Below are positions 1 through 11,501 of a stretch of 64,000 bases of DNA, piece by piece. The notes beneath the pieces were generated by a model, which did no database searches, had not been told where the DNA came from, and saw nothing but the letters and a program-made list of their open reading frames with translations. How positions within the stretch are numbered: position 1 is the stretch's first letter; every line of letters begins with the position of its first letter. Origin of the DNA: Lama guanicoe (lineage: Eukaryota); contig MU054212.1 of the NCBI GenBank assembly GCA_013239625.1, positions 5,738,270-5,802,269 of the forward strand. Reading direction: 5' to 3'. The translations under genes and the position numbers were made by a program.

Positions 1-996
1 ACCCAGTTTTGATCAAAATCACTTTGATGTGAAAAATTAGTTACATTAGGAAAAATTATGCTCAGTAGTTTTTTTAACTCTGTATATCCAAGTATTTTCT
101 ACTTGATCATGAAAAGTCTGTGTGTATGGGTGTGCATGTATTTTGCACACGGGCTTGAGATGAAAAATAACAGTCTGGGGAAAGACTCCACAAATGAGTT
201 TTTAAAGTTCTTTATGCTCCCCTCACGCCACGTGAGTATTTCCGTTGTAGTTCTTACCGCACTGCCCACCAATGCTGATCAGCTCGCTTGTACCCCCCAG
301 ACGTGAGTTCACTCGGGGCAGACCACACACCCACCCCTGACTCCTCTCCAAGTTCTATTCCCGGACTTTAGCACAAAGCCCCACGTAGAGAGTTCTCTGA
401 TCAATGATTGTCTAACGGATATGTAAGTGAGAAGGAAAACTTTGCAGCCAAAGATGAGAAGAGAAAGAGAATAGAATAAGATAGAGACACATGACTAGAA
501 CAGAATTTGGAATCCGAAAGAAGTCCAGTAAATTCACTGTGTATGTGGGGAGGGAGTGGAGATAGGGAAGGGACGAAAGTCCAGCTGATGAAGAAGTAAC
601 GTGTTTGGTAAGAGGATAGTTTAGAATTAGCAGTATCTGGGCCATAGGGTAGCTCTGACGCTCCCAAAATTAAGTGAAAATGAGACTGCAAACATCGAAG
701 GATTATTCTGACACTCAAGTGGGTATAAGAGATAATTCCATTCTAAGTGGCTGCTCAGGAATTCTTTTTTCTTAAATTTGAATCTTTATCTATTTCTGAA
801 TGTCCTCAAATAGCTGGGACTGCCCTGAAAAAAAAAGTAGTTTCTAATAATTGAAAACTATTTTCAGGGTATAGCTCCTGACCGGAAACATGTTTTGAAA
901 TTAAAATCTCCCTCTCTCTGTCCTGTCTCTGACTCTCTCTCTCTCTCTCTTTCTAGATAGCTAGCATGATTTTGTACTGTTGTCTTTCAAATACAG

Positions 997-1136
997 ATAT
1001 GTAATGGGAAATAATCCAACTGACCTGCTCGCTGTTGACTCACGAACGGGAGTAATCACTCTGAGAAATAAAGTTACCAAAGAACAATATCAAACACTTA
1101 ATGGAAAATACCAAGGAACAATCCTATCTATAGATG
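997..1136 (+). CDS. DSG1: DSG1 exon 10 (140 nt, EC4)
   Basis: atacag|A TAT GTA ATG ... ATA GAT G|gtaaga; YVMGNNPTDLLAVDSRTGVITLRNKVTKEQYQTLNGKYQGTILSID. Confidence 0.95.
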
Positions 1137-4100
1137 GTAAGAAGTCTATTTAATTTTTTCCTTTTTAGTGGAAATTATATATACACTCAGATGTGGACAT
1201 TTTAATTACAGTATTTAGAAGTAACCCTTTTTCTGACAAAGGTTATCGCATTGGGCATTACAGAATCGAATCTTGAATGATATGAGAAGCAGTATAATTT
1301 AGGAATTAAGACTGTGAGTTCCGGAACGAGACTGAATCGGTATCTTGTACCATCACTTAACAAGCTGTAAGATTTTAGAGAAGTTATTTAATCCATGTAT
1401 CCCTGTTTTCTCTTCTGTAAAATGGGAAAGTAACGATATGGATGTACAAGTATTTAAGGAGTTATTACACGTAAAGCACTTAGACGAGTGCTGACAGTAA
1501 CAAATGTTAGTTCTTATTAACGTCAGGGATTGAAAGCTAACCGAACTTTACAAAATCTTTGGAAAGTTGATGTACAACTTCGTGTAAACAATTTGGAAGT
1601 AGCATGCTTCTGTTCCTTTAAAATGCAACCTTCTGGGGATAAACGTTAGACCAGATGACAATAATAAAACAAAAACAGTAACAATACAGCAGACTTGTAT
1701 TCTAACAAAGCAATAACAATAGAATCAGCATAGCTGAGCTGAAAGGGCTTTGCCGTCAGATGGACTGGATTTAAGTCTACCTCTGTGATATACGTCCAGA
1801 GATATCGTTATTCACTTATTCAGAAACTATCTACTGAATTCTAACCGAACGTCAGTCATCGTGCCAGACTCTAGAGTGACGTCAATGGACAAAGTCTGAC
1901 AACAGAGCTGACATTTGTTTAATAGAAATAAGAATAACAATAATAATAACTTAACTGCAAGTGTGGAGCAATTAAGTTGGAACAAATCACAAATGTCCCT
2001 GCTCCTGTGTTCAGTCAACAAGCACAACAACTTACTGAAACTTCGAAGGACAAGAAGAAAGCAAATTTGGAATATCTGCTTGTGAAATAAAAACTGCTTC
2101 ACTTTCTCATTGGACTGAAGGTTCCCCCTACCCCACCCCTACCTCCAATAGTGCCAAAACCCCTCTCTGATGAGCTGTTTTAACCACTGGTTGTGAGTCT
2201 GAGGCAACGCTGCTTTATCGGGTTTCTGTAGAAAGGACTGACCACCCTGCTCAAAAGCCGTTAGTGTTGTCAACCCATAAAAGGAAAAAACAAATAAACA
2301 AGAACTGAAGGTGAAAGACAATAAAACAGCAAACAAAACCCAGTCTAAAAACATGGAGAAGTGTGCAGCACATAGTCTAGAAGTGCCTCCACAGTGGCTT
2401 ATACACCACACTGCTGACCAATACATAATGTGGCGTTTACCATGTACGTTTCCAAACACATGGGACAGTTTTTCTGGAGCACTAATATTTTATTCATAGT
2501 GGCTTGATTTAAGAACTGATCACAGACAATGGACGATATGGGAAGCTACTGAATCGATGGGAATACAGACTTGGAAATAAGTACTGATGCAAAGAGGAGA
2601 CGGTTTTGTATTGTCCAACAAATGTTATGCTAAATGTCTAAAATATGTCTTTCATTTTAAACCTTGTTACAGATTCTCTTCAAAGAACTTGTACTGGTAC
2701 AATTAACATTAATCTTGACGGTTCTGGCTGGGAAGATCGTGAACAGAGTACAACTAGTGGTGAAATTATTAATGGAGGGAGTACTAGTACAAGCACAAGC
2801 GATGTTACTTCCTCAGATGGGAGTAACATCAATACCAACGCAGGAAATGCTGGCAGTTCTGCAACAAGTACTTTTGATGGAGATGGCACTGATGTTTATA
2901 GGCACCGTCTCAGAGATAATGTACATTTTGGTCCTGCTGGCATTGGACTACTCATCTTGGGATTCTTGATCCTAGGATGTAAGTACATTAATAGTCCTAT
3001 TTTCATGTGTTCCCCTGCCAAAATGGGGAGAGGAAAAAAGTTTTCTGATACTTTGATCAAGTACATTTTACAAAATCTTATTTTGTGCAGTTACCAAGAA
3101 ATGTCTATGTTTGATGCTGGGTTTATGAGATGGAAAAAAAATTCAACCATTTGACCTTTTATATATAAGTGCAGTGGAAGATAAAAACTTTTTTTGCAAT
3201 GAATCTCAGTGTAATAGGAAAGTACCATAACAGACAGGTTCAAATTGTTATTTGAGGGAAGAAGAGAGTCAGAAACAATTGATTGAAATAATCAGAAAAG
3301 GCAACAGAGAGAAAGTAAACTCTGGGTTGGGTTTTAACAGATGAATAGGAGCTAGCTGAGATAGCCTAGTGGACAAGAAAAGGAAAACACAATACAAGGA
3401 GAAAAAAAAAATCCACGTGCAAAACTCCAAAAGAATGAGAGCCAAGTAACTGTAATAAAGGACTCCAAGCGTGGAAGAAATAAAGAACGTGCCTGACAGC
3501 ACGGTGAGAGTTGAGACTAGAAAGATGGGCAGGGGCCAGACCTTGAAGGGACTTCACGTTGGGCCAAAGCTGCAAAGCCTAATGAAAGGAGAACCAAACA
3601 GAGGAAGGTTAGACTCTAGCTTCCAAATTTAACTGTCTGTGTCTTTCAGAGTTTCCCTAACTTTTCTGAGCCTTGCTTTTGCCATCTGGGAAATAGTAAG
3701 ACTTACTTCACGCTCACTCAAAATTTGTTTATCTGACACTAGACACCAAGAACTGAAATAACTGCTGCATTTGGATTATTTAGTATCCATTTAGGGATCT
3801 GGCATGAATATCAGATAATACAATGGGGATAATGCTGTCTATCTAATGGGGTTGTCAGGAACTCTCAGTAGTTGATGTATATAAGAGCTCCTGCTGCAGT
3901 CCCTAACACACAGTAGGTCCTGAAGAAACATTAGCTTGCTTTCTTAAAAAAAAAAAAAGACATACTTCGCAACAATACTTTGATGATGAAAAAGAAGTAC
4001 CACGCATGGAAGCATTTAGAGGTAGACCACATCCTGTGGTCACTAGAGTGGACCTAGTTAAGGGTCTACACATGGGGGTATAAAACCCAATGGATTCTCC

Positions 4101-7100
4101 AACATTGCGTTGGATGATGATAGAAATCAGAGTAGAGATAACCCAGATGCTACAGCCTCTGAGGAATGAGAAGGGGGGCTCTGAAGTAAGAAAGATGAAA
4201 TCAGCACATTATAATGAAATCAGTGTAAACATGTAAACATTCTCAAGTATAGATTATAAAATTTCAGTGTCACAAGATACCTCTGACATTATTTAATTAA
4301 AATATACCTACATGAAATAAATCAAAGCACTTGTAAATAAAATATTCTTCTACTTTCATCTCTCATAATACATAAACAGCCATAAAATAGATAGTTCTCA
4401 CTAAATTTATTAGCAAATTGGATTTTCTCTGATTTTAAACAATTCTTTCACTCTTTTGACCCTGTTGATAAAAACTGAATTCATCTGATCCACAAGGACT
4501 TTGGGCATGTTCTTCTTTCCATAATTTAAAATGTATTTCAAAAAAACCAAGAAATTTCTATATTAAGTAATAGAATTTCTTTCTTATTGGTTTGTAATAA
4601 ATTGAAATAATGATGATGAAAAGTTCTATAAAAGGAGAAACAAGCTTAAAAAAAGGAAGCATTCTCATCAAAGTTAACCAAAGCAAGAAAAATGCTAGAA
4701 AATTCACAGAATGTGACATAAAATATATATATGAGAAAAGATAATTCTCTAATTTCACACTTTTAGCCATTTTAATTATCAACCAACATTTTTATATTGA
4801 AATTAAATACTTGATAAAAGTAACTTAATTACTCAGGCGCTGATTATCTCTACCATAGGTAATATATAGCTTTCACTTTGAGTTTGTTTTTCATATTGGT
4901 GACTAGCTCTGAGTAGTGTAAATAGTAACAAATTTTTTTAAATTATATGTGGGCTTTACCTCTAGAGTCAAAGCTATCTCTGAGTCTAGCAAAGTTTCAT
5001 TAAACCCATGGGATTCTTTTTTCTTTTCTTCTTCCCTCTCTCCCTTCCTATCCTTACTGCATTCCTTCTCATCTTGCTTCCTTCTTTTTTCTTTCCTTCC
5101 TTCTTCACATTTTTCATTTACACACCCTTTCCTTCATCCGTTCATCCCAAACCATTTGTCAAGATCATATCATGTAAAAGGCTCCGTGCTAGAAACTTAC
5201 AGAGATGAATGAGAAAAAGCCAAGCAATAAACAGGAAGAAAAAAAAAAAACCAACAAAACTATGGTCAAGCAGTGTAATGTTCTCCATTTGTACATCAGT
5301 AATTTCAAAAATTGTATCTGCCTAGGGGAAAACAACCTCACAGAGAATAACTGCTTGATGCAGGAGTAAGATTTCACTATTGAAATAGAAAAACATGTGG
5401 AAGAAGAAAAATCAGCACAAGCATGGAGGAGGGAGCACGAAGAATCAAACGTATTGCCTGGTCTCTCCGGGCTTCTTTCTTCTCTCCTTTAACATTTTCC
5501 TAAGTAATGACAGGGGAAAGACTCTTCTGTTCGAACTGTATAATATCACCTGTAATATGAATACTAGATAACATATAAAAATTGATTGCAGTCTGGTAGA
5601 CTGAAGCTCACGTTGACCATTATTCAGCTTGTTTTCTGAAACTTTCGTAACAGTGATAGAATCAAAGGGAGTCATGTTAGGGATTCAAATGTAGTCATAA
5701 AAGCAGGTTGCTTTGCTTTAATATGGTTCCTCTGCTAATTGCAACATTCCTGTCTTTTCCCATCAGTGGTCCCATTTTTGCTGCTCTGCTGTGACTACGG
5801 AGGTGCCGCTGGTGCTGGAGCCGGCTTCGAGCCTGTTCCCGAATGTTCAGATGGGGCGATCCACCCGTGGGCAGTAGAAGAACCGCCGCCCACGGTGAGT
5901 GCTACTGTGTGATAAGTGGCCTTTGGTCGTTACCTAAACCCGGTTTCATGCATGTGAACCAAGATTCCGGGAATTACTCCCAGTCTATGCTGGTCTTCAT
6001 TCTGGGGTAGTCAATGGAGAAAGCAGAGAGGAATCAAAGGCACATCAAAACTAGACGGCAGTAACCAGGGAAGGCTTTCTAAATGAGGTTCGGATTTATT
6101 TTAGTATTCTTTTAGAAAATCCGAGGTACTTTGAGAACAAACCCAATGTATGAATAGTGGAAGAAAAGAATCATTACAAATGGGAAAATGTTTCCTGTCT
6201 TTTAGGGTTTGACCCCTGTCTGTGTACCAGCAGGACCCGCTAATGCAAATATAATTGAGTGTGTTGACAACACAGGTAAGAGAAAGAAATTTTTTTTAAC
6301 AGTTCACCTGACTTAAGAATGAACTCTATTCTCTGTCTTTGCAAACTTTACTATTTCTCAGTTATCTTTAAAATTGTTTCCATCATTCTTTTTTAAATGG
6401 ATAACTTGCAAATTAAATAGTAAGGAAAAATCTACAATAATTATTATTTTTATATGTTGTATTTTTTAAAATCTTCCTTAATCATCAGAGAGTACATAGG
6501 AAAAGACCTGATTAGAACTTCTATAAATAGAAGAGAAATTCCTAGTTGTAACCACAAATCAATTTTGGTTGAGGTTTTTTGTCTAATGAAGCAATTGTTA
6601 TTTACCTAAAAACCCACTAATTAGAATTAAAGAACAACCCTATTGAATAGATCCAGGCTCACTTATTGAGGCTAGACTCTACCTCCAAAATTCACAAAAT
6701 TACTCTAAAAAAAAAAAAAGAACAATTAATTTTAAAAACTCACATCTTTGAAAATAATTGTCCCATTTTGCCCTGTTTCAGCGTAAATAAGTATTAGTCT
6801 CTTACTTTTGCATTCTCTTTTTCAAACTTGTAATCATGACTTTTCCACTTTAAGCTCTTTAAAATGTAAAAGACATAGGCGTGCTTATAACTTATAGAAC
6901 TGAACCATATTTAAAAGAGGTATCCGTTTTTGTTATTGACACCCACGCCTTCCATCTCAAAAGCAGAAACTCATTGTCAACTAATATCTCCCTGTTCATT
7001 GACACCCGATGAGTTCTCAAGACTCGTCAAATCCTCGAATCCAGCAGGATTTAGTTATACATTTATTCCCTCATTAGGTTTTCAAACCTTGAACAGAGCA

Positions 7101-9571
7101 CAATGAGAGGAACCAGAGTAACGGGAGTATGAAACACTGTTCCTAAACTCAAGACCTTTAAAATATTAAAGCCATAGGACACCCATCCCACGGTCAACCC
7201 TTCCTCTGCCCACAGCACCTCCATAGACTGGGCCATCCTTTTCTCTCATCTGCCTGGAATATTGTAACAGGCTTCTCCTCCCCTCTCACATCCAAGTGCA
7301 AATCCCAGAGTCTCCATGCAAACCTTTCCCCTCACCACTGCCATGGCCTTTTCTCTGAAAACCAGTGGTTCTCATGCCTTCTTCTTCTGGAGGCCATGTG
7401 TTTCCAATAATACACTGAGTATTCTTATACTATTTTTTTAACTTTTAGAATTTGGGTGTTTTCCCCCAGTTTGGAATCAAATTCTCTAAGGTATAGGATT
7501 TTGTAACTTCTCTGCAGCCCCCTATACCAGCACAACATATAGTAAGTAGTCTCTCAGCAAATAATTACCGAATTAACAAGTGGATTAATAATACTATTTT
7601 GAACTCAATATCACGTTTGTATCTCCTTTCTTTATGTATTACCTTCATTGTATTTCTTTGTTCACTCACAACTGCATACTTAAATGAAGAAACTATATGT
7701 TACAGTAAATCACTAACTTTTAGTTTACAAGACACTAGAGAAAATCAATTTAATTTGATCCACACTTTCAGGCGTTTACACAAATGAGTATAGTGGCAGA
7801 CAAGATCTGGGAGGAGGAGAAAGAACAACAGGATTTGAAATGACAGAAGAAGTTACAACATCAAGAGCCCCTGAGATATGTCAAGACTATTCTGGAACAA
7901 TGAGAAGAAATTCCATGAGGGAATGCAGAGAAGGAGGGCTGAACATGAACTTCATGGAAAGTTACTTCTGTCAGGTAAGGCTATCCCCTCACCTTTCTTT
8001 CCATCCTGCGCCCAGTGCCTTCCCCAGGCTTCCACCGTGTCCCAGCAGGGCTTTGGCAGGTGTCTCCTAACCAGGTTCCCAGCTCTGCTTTTGTCTGTGG
8101 CATGAAGTCCAAGCTCCTTCACATGGCAATTAAGGTTATTCACCAACTGACACCGTCCCTCACACCTTCCGTTATCCCTTACCAACAACTCCACTTGCCA
8201 AGCGCCTCTGCCGTAGTCGCACTGGTCTCCATGGCTTTGCTTACACTGTGCTAGTCCTGGGATAAATGCTTTCCTCCCGTCTTCTCTCTCACAAACCCCC
8301 GCCCATCTTTCAGGACCCGGTTCAGATACCCCTGCCTTTCTGAAGTTCTTACTGTTAATCCTCTTGTGCAAAATAGCATTGATGTTTCTTTATCTGTATT
8401 CCTATAGCACTTTGTTCTGTAGCATTTCATAGACATTTTGCTTTTTGGTAATGCTCTGGAAGAAAAATTGATGTTAAAGACCAATTTACTGTTAAAAGTT
8501 TATTCATAATTTCATGTTCTCTTTCCCCTACAAATTCAGAAAGCATACGCTTATGCAGACGAAGACGAAGGACGCCCATCCAATGACTGTTTGCTCATAT
8601 ATGATATTGAAGGTGTAGGTTCCCCTGCTGGCTCTGTGGGCTGTTGTAGCTTCATTGGAGAAGACTTGGATGATAGCTTCTTGGATACACTGGGGCCTAA
8701 ATTTAAGAAGTTGGCAGATATCAGCCTCGGGAAAGAAGCTGAACCATACCCAGAGCCTGACCCCTCTTGGCCAGCTGAGAGCACTGAACCAATTTGTCCT
8801 CCGCAGGGAACAGAGCCCATTGGTAGTGGACACCCCCCTATCTCCCCACATTTCGGCACTACCACAGTCATTTCTGAGAGCACCTACCCCTCGGGACCTG
8901 GTGTACAGCATCCTGTGCCTATTCCTGATCCTCTGGGCTATGGTAATGTCACTGTGACCGAGTCTTACACCACGTCTGGCACTCTGAGGCCCTCTGTCCA
9001 TGTTCATGATAATCGACAGGCATCCAACGTGGTGGTGACAGAGAGGGTGGTCGGCCCAATCTCTGGTGCCGATTTGCATGGAATGTTAGAGATGCCTGAC
9101 TTGAGAGATGGGTCAAACGTGATAGTGACAGAAAGGGTAATAGCACCAAGTTCAAGCCTGCCCACCACTCTGACCATCCCTGATCCTAGAGAGTCTTCAA
9201 ATGTGGTAGTGACAGAAAGAGTAATCCGGCCGACTTCCGGCGTGATGGGCAGTCTGAGTATGCACCCCGAGTTATCGAATACCCACAATGTGATCGTGAC
9301 AGAGAGGGTAGTTTCGGGCTCCGGCATAACTGGAATTAGTGGCCCAGTGGGGACAGGTGGAGGCAGCGGTACAGGCAGCAGTGGCCTGATTGGCAGCGCA
9401 GCCGGAGTAAGTGGTGGTGGCATCGGGCTGAGCAGCATGGGGGGGACTGCCACCATTGGCCACTTGAGAGGCTCCTCTGACCATCACTTTAGCAGCACCC
9501 TGGGTTCCGCCTCCCCGACCACAGCCCGAAGTCGAATCACAAAGTACAGTACAGTACAATATACCAAGTAG
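997..9571 (+). CDS. DSG1: Desmoglein-1, 3' portion (exons 10-15; 5' exons lie upstream of the window)
   Basis: Six GT-AG exons splice in frame: end of EC4, EA stalk, TM, ICS ([22 protein letters not shown]), five RUD repeats (NVxVTE), Gly/Ser terminal domain ending ...RSRITKYSTVQYTK. Lies directly upstream of DSG4, as in other mammals. Confidence 0.97.
1288..1520 (+). mobile_element. MIR SINE remnant
   Basis: MIR core-like (ctgttttctcttctgtaaaatggg) and MIR 3' end (gtaaagcacttagacgagtgctg...aaatgttag). Confidence 0.7.
2673..2978 (+). CDS. DSG1: DSG1 exon 11 (306 nt; end of EC4, EA stalk, start of TM)
   Basis: ttacag|AT TCT CTT ... GGA T|gtaagt; SLQRTCTGTININ...DNVHFGPAGIGLLILGFLILG (within ORF 2645..3154). 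Confidence 0.95.
5767..5894 (+). CDS. DSG1: DSG1 exon 12 (128 nt; end of TM, intracellular anchor)
   Basis: catcag|TG GTC CCA ... CCC ACG|gtgagt; VPFLLLCCDYGGAAGAGAGFEPVPECSDGAIHPWAVEEPPPT. Confidence 0.93.
6206..6275 (+). CDS. DSG1: DSG1 exon 13 (70 nt)
   Basis: ttttag|GGT TTG ... ACA G|gtaaga; GLTPVCVPAGPANANIIECVDNT; phases fit both neighbours. Confidence 0.9.
7200..7590 (+). mobile_element. L2 LINE 3' remnant
   Basis: C/T-rich L2-like body ending in a degenerate L2 tail (agcacaacatatagtaagtagtctctcagcaaataatt). Confidence 0.5.
7772..7974 (+). CDS. DSG1: DSG1 exon 14 (203 nt)
   Basis: tttcag|GC GTT TAC ... TGT CAG|gtaagg; VYTNEYSGRQDLGGGER...RRNSMRECREGGLNMNFMESYFCQ. Confidence 0.95.
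8540..9571 (+). CDS. DSG1: DSG1 exon 15, coding part (ICS, IPL, RUD, terminal domain)
   Basis: attcag|AAA GCA TAC; continues in frame into ORF 8591..9571; stop TAG 9569-9571. Confidence 0.97.
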   Translation, partial: KAYAYADEDEGRPSNDCLLIYDIEGVGSPAGSVGCCSFIGEDLDDSFLDTLGPKFKKLADISLGKEAEPYPEPDPSWPAESTEPICPPQGTEPIGSGHPPISPHFGTTTVISESTYPSGPGVQHPVPIPDPLGYGNVTVTESYTTSGTLRPSVHVHDNRQASNVVVTERVVGPISGADLHGMLEMPDLRDGSNVIVTERVIAPSSSLPTTLTIPDPRESSNVVVTERVIRPTSGVMGSLSMHPELSNTHNVIVTERVVSGSGITGISGPVGTGGGSGTGSSGLIGSAAGVSGGGIGLSSMGGTATIGHLRGSSDHHFSSTLGSASPTTARSRITKYSTVQYTK

Positions 9572-11495
9572 CCAGCACCCAGCACACTTCTTCTCAGTGA
9601 TTGTGACTTAGGTTCAATTCCCACCACCCAAAAATGAACAATGTGATTTGTGACGCACAATTAGGTTCTAAGAAAACTGTGCAACGAGGTGAGACTCCAC
9701 AGCAAGAGAAATAGACGGAAGCAGTGCTGTTGGGCAAGAGCTCTCCTTGGCATTTGTAAACTTTTTTCTCATATTGATATTAATGGAATCATGACAGTGA
9801 ACTAGATCTTGAGACAGGGTCTTCTTTGTGCCTGGATGGCCCGTAGGGTCTTCCTTGCTTCCGTGTGGCCTGTAGTATATCTCCAGCACACGGAATAAAT
9901 AAAACTCGGTCATGTAAATGCACTGGCCTTAAGATGGCAATTGGCATAATTCTCCTTGCTCTGTTTGGATTTGCCCTGAAGCTCAGGTAATACCTAAAAA
10001 GAACTAAACATGCAATATGTGCTCATGTATGTGGGAAGAATTTGAAATATGTGCCAAATGCCATGTCATTTCCACAGATAATATAAATAAAAATCCAACC
10101 ACATATTCAGACCAGGGTTAATCATTAAAGAAAAATAATCTGGCTACACAGCTAACTCCACAAGCCACAAGCACTCCTAGTTTAATAATTGCACTGGGTA
10201 AAATAAACCTCGAATTAGGAGATGTTTTCATAAGACAGTGGCAACAGAGAGACTGATTTGGGGTAAACTGACAATGTCTGAGCCTGGATCTTGACATGGG
10301 GCTTCAGCTATAATTCCTATGGAGTCAAGAACTTCTTTGTTTCTTGTTTGTGTTTAGCGGTAGATGCAATGGTGATGAATATTGTATACTGGTGAGGTTG
10401 CAGGATATCACACCCATTTCCCCCTTTACCACTGTGACTGACTTAATAAAGGAAAAGCTGACAACTGTACTTCTCAGAATGAAGAAAGTAACACCTGACA
10501 TGGTTGTCATCACTAACTACCTTCCAAGGAAGCAGATGGGAACTGCATTGTATTTTTCAGATTGTGTTTTTAGTGTTATTCATTTATACCCAGCTCTTTA
10601 TTACACATCTCCTAAGTTAAAATAATTTACTTAGGCTGAGCTGTGAAAAACAACCTGCGGTATGGTTATGCTTTGGGAAATTTTTTTTAAGGGAATCTTA
10701 AAAAAAAGTTTTTAGAACATGTAAAATGTTTAATGGGGGAAGTTAGAATTATTCAGTAAAGTTAATACTGTATTATTAGTTTTGATTGAATTTAGTACTT
10801 TTTTTTTAAACAACCCTCTGCTGTTATTTTGAAAAGATCAACAAGGAACTTTTAACAGAGTTGATGATATTGTGTTTACATGAATGAAATTGTACTAGAC
10901 AACCCCATTTCCTTATTCAATTCCACTCCTTGAATTTTCTCACTAGTCTAAATTTTATATTCCCGGTTTGATTGGTCAATAAGCTCTTGGATTATATCTG
11001 CTCCCGTTTATAGAGAGTTCCCAAATTACATAGTATGATATATTTTTCTAACTTCAAAATTTAGTAATGTGTTATTTATGATATGTCATTTCTGGCAATT
11101 TGCTATATAGTGTTACCTAGTTAAAAATCTCTGAATAGAATCAAAGCATTTTTAGAGGTAAATTTACTATTGCATGGTAGAGGAATTTTTTCTCTTTTCT
11201 AAATTCAGTGTTAATACATGCTCACTAATGTGAACTGGATATGACAAAATCTTTTAAGGATTAGTCGTCTCAATTACTCAAATTTCCCAGGGTGTTATAA
11301 GATCAAAGAATAGTTATTGGACTTCCAATACTTGTCAAAGGGGGATGGGGAGTGACTGACTTTTACCTAGAGCTATTTTGCTCTGCGTTATAGTAGACGA
11401 TGTCAACATTTTCAAAGCCACAATATATCTTACTTTAACTCTGTAGACTATGTAAAATTTCGGTAGTCTGTAGCATGCCAAAATGCGGAGGTGTA

Positions 11496-11501
11496 AATAA
11501 A
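11496..11501 (+). terminator. Candidate distal poly(A) signal of DSG1
   Basis: AATAAA followed about 15-30 nt later by a U-rich tract (gtctttcttttatttctgt). More proximal AATAAA occur at 9894/9898 and 10086. Confidence 0.45.

Noticed and set aside
8528-9559. Antisense ORFs of 183, 150 and 95 aa over DSG1 exon 15
   Set aside because: Shadow frames of a GC-richer coding exon; no recognisable protein or independent gene structure.
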